Positions 51,601 through 59,301 of a stretch of DNA of 59,301 nucleotides are shown here, one piece after another. Both the position numbers and the translations under genes were made by a program. Positions within the stretch are counted from its first letter, which is position 1. Each line of letters starts with the position of its first letter. The stretch covers positions 1 to 59,301 of the forward strand of contig KZ538614.1 of assembly GCA_000934665.2 (NCBI GenBank), given 5' to 3'. A model generated the notes under the pieces. That model ran no database searches. It saw only the letters and a program-made list of their open reading frames with translations, and was not told the DNA's origin. Source of the DNA: Catajapyx aquilonaris (lineage: Eukaryota).

Positions 51601-54600
51601 GCTGAAAATAATGTCATGCTCATGTGACTTTTGAATTTCCTTTGGGAAGGATCCACCTTGAGTTTTTAAATTAATACTGTAACTGGAACACATGTAACAG
51701 ATTGACCCTAATTTGACAGTGAACTGCTGCGGCGCATTGTGACGGAGCAAGTGGCTGGCCTAATGGTTTTGCCCAATAAATATGTCATGAAGTTGATCGA
51801 TGAAATTCCAACTGCTATGCTTCGTGTTCCTGAGCCTGAGGTAATGTTAATTTTTGATTTTAATTCTCTAATTTTAGCAAGAGGAGTATGTTTTTTACTT
51901 GCCCCCCTTTTCTGCACATATTTCTATTCAATACTCCAAAATTCCCACCAGACCAGATTCATCTCATATTTAACACACTGTCGAAATGGATGCCTTTCAA
52001 TCGACAATTTCTTTAAATATTTGCTAAGTTGATTGACCTTTGTGATTTGAGTGTAGCTGTCCACCTTGTCTCTGTACATTTCAAACTTCCCCAATCCAAT
52101 TGAGCACTTAAAGTAGTTGTTGTCTGGCTTCCACAAGCACATACAAGCTTTATACTTACATGCTTAGAAAAATCCACCAACACATAGCACCAGTTAACAT
52201 AGGAGTGATATCAAGGTGGGGTGGCTTCTGTTCAATATGCAAACTTATAGGTCTTGATGCAAGTGGCATGATAATAACATACAGTGTGTATAAATATTTT
52301 CCTTTACTCCTATCAGCACCACCAGTTTAACTCCTTCGGTACCAGATCTAGGTGATAAGATTCACTTCTGTTCAACTTGCACGTACTCTGACGATACGAA
52401 CAAGATATTTTACAAATAATAACAGCTATACTTATACATTCATTCTGTACACTATGAATATGTTTGGAACAATTTTCCACTTCTAGAATTCGCAAAATTA
52501 ATTTCCAAAATGATAGCTGTAACAACTTTTAATTAAATTACTACCGGGCAACTGTTAGGCTGATTTAATTATGAAATATGTTAAAATGTACGGAACAACA
52601 ACCTTGAGAATCGTGCTATGACGAATCTGCTGAAATCATTGTACTTCGTGAGAATTAAATTAATACTTATGCGGCTTGCCTCTAGCTTTGGAAAATTGAT
52701 TTAATTATCTCAAGTACGACATTTCAGCGATTCGTCATAGCGCGATTCTCAAGGTGGTTATTCCGTATATTTTAATGTATTTCATAATTAAATCAGCCTA
52801 ACAGTTGCCGGCAGTAATTTAATTTCGAGTTTTTATGGCGAATTTTTTGAAAATTAATTTTGGGGATTCTAGAAGTGGCGAATTGTTCCAAACGTATTCA
52901 TAAGGGTCATTCCCACGTGCCACCGGGATCATGATCCTTACCCCCGAAAATAGCGATTGGGGTGTTCCCACATGCCCTTCCTCCACCCGAACGCGATTAC
53001 GAAGGTGACTGTGGCAACCAGCTTGAGGAAGTTGGCTGCCAGCTTTCGAGTCGCGATCCTGACGTCACTCCCCCCTCCGGACCGGGCAACATGGCGGCTC
53101 CCTGCTTGGCCCTGTCTGCCCACGTGTCTGCCCCCTCGCTCTGCGGGCAGCCAGGACGTGTGTAATAACGTAGATAGCATGCCTCCATGCTATTACAGCC
53201 AGGCCTATCGTAGAGTCACCCGTGCCTTTGTCCGGGAGCCGAAGCGAGAGTCATTTTTTCGCCAGGCGGGTGGGCGTGGTTACAGACCACTCCACCGAAA
53301 ATCACGAAAAGTACGTGGCCCGTGGAAACAGTCACCAAACGATCCTGATTGTGCGCCTCAGAAACGTGGTTCAAGATCGAGATTTTGTGGCACGTGGGAA
53401 TGACCCACCCTATAGTGTACAGCATGAACGTGTAAGTATAGCTGTTATTTTTTGTAAAATATCTTGTCCGTATCTTCAGAGTATCTTCAGAGTGCAAGTT
53501 GAACAGAATCGAATCTCATCGCCTAGATCTGGTACCGAAGGGGTTAAAGAATGGCAAGATACAGTGTGTTCCAAGTTCGTGGGTCGTTTGATTTATCACT
53601 AATATCACCAAAGTAGTTATTTTTGTGTAGCTTGTTCTGCCCCGATCCAGGTGCCTCAGTACACTATCAGGTGGTTGAATGTAGCAGTGGCTATAGAATA
53701 GGGCACCTGGTTAGGGGCACAACAAGCTACAAAAAAATAACAACTTTGAGCGAAATTTTCTATAATAAAAAGGCTTGTAATTTTACTCTTAATTTTTTTC
53801 AGGGGGTATTGAGGGTTCGTGTGATTGAAGCTCGACAGTTGATGAAGATGGATGTTGGTGTGTTAGGAATGGGCAAGTCTGATCCATATGCCATTGTTAC
53901 TGTTGGTGCACAGCAATTCCGCACCAAGGTCATTAGCAACACAGTGAAGCCTTTTTGGGACTTTACCTGCGAGGTGAGTACATAAGTGTTTATATGTGTA
54001 GAAAATGTGAGGTGTTTTAAATTATTGAATGGGTGACAATGAAGATTTTCACTGTTGCATCCTTTAAATTATAATTCCAAAATTAAGGGAATTTTTTTTA
54101 TATTGCAATGAAGCATATCTTTCTCTTGCTTGTGATGTTTTTTAGGATATTTGTTATGAGAATTGTTGCCCTGGTACCTTAAACTTGTATCAGTAAATAA
54201 GGACCATACCAAAAGTAGCTGATTGCATGCCACATTATGTAGAATAATGATTCCCACCTATCCTTTTCTCCCATTTCGTACTGCATCTTATTGTTAGCGT
54301 CTTACAACTGATAAAAACAAAATACAGTAGAACCCTGATTATCCATCACCCTCAGGACTGGGACATTGATCAGAACACGAAAATGGTTGGTTAATAAGAG
54401 GAGCCCAAAAAACTATGAAACAGAACAAAAAAACTCGTAAAAACATGAAATATAATTTTATGGTTTTATAAGAAAATAATAGTGAACTGTGTATTTTTTA
54501 CATTCAGAGTCTACTGTATTGTATTTACAATTTAGCTAAGGCAAAACAACAAAATGAATACGTAGTGCAGTACAGTATTTGAGGAGAGAACAGATTTATT

Positions 54601-57600
54601 GCTGGTGAAAAAAGTGTTATATTTTTTTGTTTTAATGATGACATCCTACCCGTGGCTGCCAAGTCTCTCCACTTCTTTAGCCTTATATGTCCATAGTTGT
54701 TAAGTAGGACTCAGTTCTATACTGGGTGAAGGGAAACTCGCGTACAGTTGCCAGGTAAACTTATAGTACTCACAAAACTATTATAGGGATGTTCAATTAT
54801 CCATTGCATAGTTAATGGGTACGGCGCTGTCAAAGTTTCGTGATGTCATGTCCATTCCGCCAGCTTCTAAGAAGCAAAAGTCAGCTCGAGGGCCTCCGGT
54901 TCCTTGCCTTGGTTTCCTAACACATTGTCCATGTGCAATAGGTGATCAAATCCCGTCAGAGGAAGAATCCGGGCACGACACACGTGCCCTTTGGCGGTTT
55001 TGCCTCGTATTTTACAATCCGACCATCCACACTTTAAAGGCGCCATACGCATTAACTACGCAACGGAGCCCAAAACTAATTACACATCCCTATATTAGTT
55101 TTGCGAGTACTATAAATTTACCTGGTGATTGTACGCGAGTTTCCCTTCACCCTGTATAGGACTGGGATGGTCGGATATGCAGAGGAGACGGATATTCAGA
55201 GGGCAGATAATAATCTGGGTTCTACTGTATTATGTAGTCTTAATCCTGAAGCGTATTGCTTATGATATCACAAGTAGTTGAATTTTACGCTGGACAGGCC
55301 TGTCATTTTTTATTGTGATTATTATCATCATTGGCTGAATTATGACAAAGATGAATTTCATAGCCAAGATTCTTGAAAATTGCTGGGTCACGTTACATTT
55401 TGCTACCCTAAAACGCGTTCTCTTTATTATTTTTAGCCATTTGTAGCTGTTTCCTTCAACATTGTTTAGGGTTACAAATGTGTCATCATAGAACACATGC
55501 AATTATACTGGAGGAGATTGGCAGCAATTTTTAACTGGTTTTTGTTATCGACTAGCAGCGGAGCCGTTCTTTGCATGGCCTGTTTTCATGGCAATCATAC
55601 CTACAAAATCCCATTGCCATGGGCAAACAAAAAAACAAAGAAACTTTGTCTTACATACGTAGATTTTGAAAATATGTTAGTTATTAATTTATAGCAGCAT
55701 ACCCGTGTGTAGTGTCGGGTAGCCTACATGATTATGTTGAACTTGATGTCAGTCAACGTACACAGAAGTGATTGAAAGCGGAGGGATAATTATCAAATAT
55801 CCTTATGGGGAGCCTTGGGAGCCCGTTCATAAGTACAGATTGCAGTAAATCATACTGCAATAAGTTTGAATTTTCCGCGTCCCTGCCCTCCTGCTGTGAC
55901 GTGGCCAGTGTGGTGTAGCCAGCTCATCCTGTCTCTCCAGGAGGGAAGATTTTGGCCGACTGCCAATCGTGCACCGCCAGTACTTTCGCACCGACACTAC
56001 TTTCGCACGACATATACATATTGGAACATTTGCTAGTGTTACACCTCAAGAAGGGAATTGAAGAGAGTGATGGATTACTTACTCCTATCATGCCTGATCT
56101 TTTCAGCCCTGCATGTACATTGAGACATTGAGGGAATTATGGTGCAGGAGAAAGCGAAGATGGCATTGACTTGCACGTTTAAGGCAGAGTTTTTGTGGTT
56201 TTGCGGCTTCCTTTTTGTGGTTGGAATATATGTGTATCTCAAGGAGGCCTGTAGATGAGCAATGTATGTTTTTTTCTGAAATCATTGACGAAAAATTCTG
56301 AAAATAGTGAACTAATTGCCTTGCTATCTTGCCTTGCTCCTGCATGTAGTAGGCCCATTTACATGGCACAAAAGTTTTGTGATTGGATCACTTTCTGATC
56401 ATGAACCAACCACACTTCCTAAGCTGATTTTCTAGAAGCAACTTCTGCAAGTTCATATCATGAATGCCATGTCACTCCATTCCACACACGCCAACATGGC
56501 ATCACGGATTTTAGAATACAGCTGCTATCAGCTCAGTATGTTTAATTGTGTGATACTGAAGGCAGTACTCCTCATAAATCAGTTGTAGGTGCTACAGGCT
56601 GGACTTATGGAACCATGCACACAATGTGAACATTATCGACAGTTGTGAACTAAGCCAGGGGCCACAGGAGGGTTGAGATTCAGTGCTGCTTACAGAGCAA
56701 GGGTAGAGTGCAAGAAAATACTGCAATGTGCTTTTAAAATGACCAGCCATGTTCCATACCTGCCTAAATTACCATTGGGCTTGTCATTGCAGCACAGTGG
56801 CAGTGTTCTGGGGCCACACTGCACCTAGAATCGAACATATACTGCAATGATTACACCAGTAAAACATGATCCAATCATAATTGGAATGTGATCCTAGCAC
56901 AAAACTTTTGTGCTTCATGGGTGGGACAAATAATATCATTCCTATTAGGATGTCCCAATGTGCATGTTTGACTGGAATACAATCTTCAATCTTCAGAAAA
57001 ATTTTGCTGCCAAACTGTGCTATGAGAGAGTAAATATGTAGAAATATCAGGACACTTTTAGTATTATAGTATTGGAGTTGGTATTTTTTGGCATGGTGCT
57101 ATTATAGTTTACATGACCACAATGGTAGTGTAGCAACTTTTGAGCACTGGGTAACAAAAAAAAAAAAGGTTCCCGTAGAAAGTGGACACGACCAGCGTCT
57201 AGACTTGGCGGTCATGGACCATGATGATAGCAGCCTTAATCAGGATGACTTCCTGGGCAGGTGAGTTTGCCCTGCTCACCTGCCAAGCAGCAATGTGAGA
57301 GCAGCCTAATGAGTCCCAGTGCTAACTTGCCTATTAATGCGAAAATTTGGGCTTTTAATTTTGAGTTCCAGGAGTTGGTGGACAGCACTTGTTAATTTAT
57401 ATGGGATTAATTTCCTTCTTACTTCTCTAATTCTTCTTTCTGTCTTTTCCACTCCCCTCCCCCTCGTGCAAACAATTCACTTGCGAACTCACAACAATTC
57501 ACACAAACAGGCGTTGATTGACTCGGTCAAGGGTCAGTTTCTTCAGCTCGAGGTTTGGGATGAAGACCCAAGTCTACCAGGGATGCAGAATGATGATCCT

Positions 57601-57608
57601 CTGGGGAG
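42690..57608 (+). CDS. Esyt2: Extended synaptotagmin (hydrophobic hairpin, SMP domain, C2A); 3' end lies beyond the window
   Basis: Exons 42690-42974, 46521-46562, 47146-47286, 47349-47425, 47486-47698, 51720-51840, 53803-53973, then 57169-57260 or 57511-57608; all GT-AG and phase-consistent. Motifs DLPAWV-FFPDVERVEWINKIIRQVWP, PPRVGGIKVY, YAGDCDI, PEPEGVLRVRVIEA, GKSDPY. Confidence 0.95.
43838..44778. mobile_element. Tigger/pogo-like non-autonomous element
   Basis: TA-CAGGAAGTCCCC ... GGAACTTCCTG-TA with GACTTA(T/C)G subterminal repeats; a related fragment lies in reverse at about 55803-55845. Confidence 0.65.
45196..45783. mobile_element. MITE with about 35-bp TIRs and internal repeats of the TIR core
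   Basis: TTGAAGATGTCACTTGCCAAAGGGCCCAACTCCA ... TGGAGTTGGGTCCTTTGGCAAGGGACGTCTTCAA; core repeated at about 45366 and 45558. Confidence 0.8.
46182..46438 (-). mobile_element. tRNA-derived SINE with a V-domain-like core
   Basis: Head TGGCGTAGCGG...AGTTCGATCC, then TGTTCTCTCTGTGTTTGCGTGGGTTTTCTCGAGGTTCTCCCGTTTCCTCCCACAATCAAAA; 14-bp TSD GTTTATTCATAATT (46168-46181 and 46439-46452). Confidence 0.85.
48311..49185 (+). mobile_element. piggyBac-like MITE, copy 1
   Basis: TTAA-CCCTTATAGGACGG ... CCGTCTAATTAGGG-TTAA. Confidence 0.85.
49887..50897 (-). mobile_element. piggyBac-like MITE, copy 2, inverted relative to copy 1
   Basis: TTAA-CCCTAATAAGACGGG ... CCCATCTTATTAGGG-TTAA; 50510-50897 is approximately the reverse complement of 48311-48730. 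Confidence 0.85.
50998..51217. mobile_element. Foldback MITE
   Basis: GGTAGTGTAATTAGAGAGTCCCTGCCAGCCTGGAATTT ... AAATTCCAGGCTGGCAGGGACTTTTAAATTATACTACC. Confidence 0.8.
52331..53543. mobile_element. Palindromic piggyBac-like MITE related to 21801-22562, with a nested insertion
   Basis: TTAA-CTCCTTCGGTACCAGATCTAGG ... CCTAGATCTGGTACCGAAGGGG-TTAA; shares interior sequence (TTTTACAAATAATAACAGCTATA, AAATTAATTTCCAAAA, GGCTGATTTAATT) with the 21801 element. Confidence 0.85.
52904..53410. mobile_element. Nested GC-rich MITE with GGGTCATTCC TIRs (Zator-like, tentative)
   Basis: GGGTCATTCCCACGTGCCAC ... GTGGCACGTGGGAATGACCC interrupts the host sequence ATTCATA|GTGT. Confidence 0.75.
54325..55227. 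mobile_element. Tigger/pogo-like non-autonomous element
   Basis: TA-CAGTAGAACCCTGATTAT ... ATAATCTGGGTTCTACTG-TA. Confidence 0.75.
54722..55154. mobile_element. Nested Tc1/mariner-like MITE with about 60-bp TIRs
   Basis: TA-CTGGGTGAAGGGAAACTCGCGTACA...CAAAACTA / TAGTTTTG...TGTACGCGAGTTTCCCTTCACCCTG-TA. Confidence 0.85.
56352..56927. mobile_element. Degenerate PIF/Harbinger-like MITE
   Basis: GGCCCATTTACATGGCACAAAAGTTTTGTGATTGGATCAC ... GTGATCCTAGCACAAAACTTTTGTGC..GTGGGAC. Confidence 0.6.
57169..57260 (+). CDS. Esyt2: Esyt2 alternative exon 8a (C2A, Ca2+-binding loop 3)
   Basis: aaaag|VPVESGHDQRLDLAVMDHDDSSLNQDDFLG(R)|gtgagt; 92 nt, phase 0-2. Confidence 0.8.
57511..57608 (+). CDS. Esyt2: Esyt2 alternative exon 8b (C2A, Ca2+-binding loop 3)
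   Basis: aacag|ALIDSVKGQFLQLEVWDEDPSLPGMQNDDPLG(R)|gttggc; 98 nt, phase 0-2. Confidence 0.85.
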
Positions 57609-58275
57609 GTTGGCCAAATATATGTTGTAGTGTGTGTGGTTATTTGGAACCATTTAATTTATGTGCCTGCACACACCATTTGGTTGACATTAATTTTTTA
57701 AGAGTGGTTTCCCAGAATTAGATACCCAGAATTACTACTTTTTGCATTATTTTATGGAGTTTATGGCCTTGGTAGGCTTTGCACACTTGTAGGAGTTACT
57801 GGCAGATGAGATTCCTAGTTACACTCCACACATGCACTTGTATCCTTCACTAGCTGTGCCTCGTAATCAAAGCTTTTTTACCTATTTGGCATGATGTGTC
57901 CTATTATTTGGAAATCCCAAGGTAAAAGGTCAGTGATTTGTACTGTTTTAAACATTCCTTGTACAAGTTGTTTAGTGAGGGCTACAGCCAAATATTATTT
58001 TCATACAGATGCACAATGAAGATGAATTCCAGAGCCCTATTCTTCTGTCACCCAGTCATGTAATGTACAAGTTTATTTTTGTTAAGAACAAAAATGAATA
58101 TTTGCGTTACATTAAAATTAGAGTTTTCTTTTAGAAAAAGCAATATAATACCTCCTGATAAGAGGGGAGCATCCCCCCCCCCCACCCCCACACACACAGG
58201 GGGTGGGGGTCGGGGGAACAGATGAGGTCAGAAGGGGTGATCAGCACAAGAATAGGTTAACACCTAAGAGAAGGG

Positions 58276-58557
58276 GGAAATAGTAGGCCTTACTGGCGTG
58301 TGGGAGGTGGCACGGTGAGAGGTGGCTGGGGGCAGCTTGGCTGTGTCGCAAAGGCAAGGATGCAAGGATTGATTTTTGGGATTTTGGAAGGGGTATGCTG
58401 TACCAACCTAACCTAACCAAGCCTAACCTTCCTTCCTTGCGGATACAGACCTATCTTCAGCGGATACACACCTATCCTTTATCCTTGCCTTTGCGACACA
58501 GCCAGCTGCCCCCACCGACTATTACCCTCCCGCATGCCAGTAAGGCCAACTCTATCC
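58276..58557. mobile_element. MITE with 8-bp TSD (Mutator/Merlin-like, tentative) and central CCTAA repeats
   Basis: TSD GAGAAGGG (58268-58275 and 58558-58565); TIR GGAAATAGTAGGCCTTACTGGC / GCCAGTAAGGCCAACTCTATCC; inner stem GCTGTGTCGCAAAGGCAAGGAT / ATCCTTGCCTTTGCGACACAGC. Confidence 0.8.
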
Positions 58558-59301
58558 GAGAAGGGCAGGTGTGATCTAGCAGTGGTGAAATACTAGGGTA
58601 GGTTATAGGTATAGATTAGGTAAATACTAGGTTAGGTCAGGGTAAAGTATATTAAAATAACCACATCCTCATGTATCTTTTATATTTTGGAGATTAGGTC
58701 AGGTCAGGGTAATGTAGAATATAATCACTACATTGTTATACAACAGCATTAGCATCAGGAGACCATATTTGGGATGGTTCAAATAGTTGGACATGATTAT
58801 TTTGGTTCAAATGAACGGAGTCTGCTACTGGAAGGTGTTATTGCTATTGCGATGGCTTTTAGCTATGACAAGGCATTTTGGCTCCAAACTGTCCTTGTAG
58901 GCCTCATCCCCCCACATTCTCTCCTCTACACATGGATTGTTTTAGTTTTAGGTTTAGTGTTGGTCTCAAGCAGAAGTTCCCAAACTGTGCTCCGTGAAGC
59001 TTCTGCAATAGGGTGGAGTGAAAAAAGTCAATATTTTTTTTTCGGAAACGGGTACCCTTCAATGACTGTGTATGAGACCTAGTAACAATTCTGTAAAATT
59101 TTTAATTTTTACGACGTCATCTTGAGTCTGCACATTTGGCTTAAAGTTTGAAATTTTTTGAAATTTTTTATATTCTTACAATTTTTTTTAAAGTACTTGA
59201 AACAAAAAAAAACCCTGCCGGGTAGTCACTACATAGTTGAACAAGGCCTGAAATATAGACAGGATTTTTAAAAACATTTTTAGGTGGTGGTTTCAGTCTG
59301 C

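Noticed and set aside
52938..53602. Cluster of overlapping 63-148 aa ORFs
   Set aside because: They lie in a GC-rich nested MITE and show no transposase or other motif.
56352..56927. Docking-site/selector RNA structure for the Esyt2 alternative exons
   Set aside because: The complementarity is explained by MITE TIRs, and both halves lie upstream of both exons.
58759..58834. Possible third alternative or next Esyt2 exon
   Set aside because: No DxD/DDxLG or C2 similarity, and the phase does not match.

Overview
Eukaryotic, intron-rich, AT-rich draft-assembly sequence with N gaps. It is an arthropod, most likely an insect (GT-AG introns as short as about 60 nt, (TTAGG)n blocks, Inr and DRE motifs). 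Most entries in the ORF track are spurious; the real genes had to be built by splicing. Left to right: (1) one minus-strand exon of a BRWD/PHIP-family gene, carrying a +1 frameshift and with no visible upstream exons; (2) two tandem plus-strand genes for small Cys-cluster proteins, both ending in CaaX, sharing a last-intron position, the second with three PPxY motifs; (3) a complete 6-exon ABHD2/Hydr2 hydrolase (406 aa); (4) the 5' part of an extended synaptotagmin (Esyt2) with two apparently mutually exclusive exons for the C2A Ca2+-binding loop 3. Introns and intergenic DNA are packed with non-autonomous DNA transposons (piggyBac-, Tc1/mariner/pogo- and PIF/Harbinger-like, plus CA-microsatellite-associated elements carrying TTAGG), several tRNA-derived SINE families including a V-SINE-like copy, nested insertions and apparent excision footprints. 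The best candidate for an uncharacterised system is the tandem CaaX gene pair, which may encode lipid-anchored Cys-cluster proteins, one a putative Nedd4/WW adaptor. All coordinates and counts were made by hand; no database searches were run.
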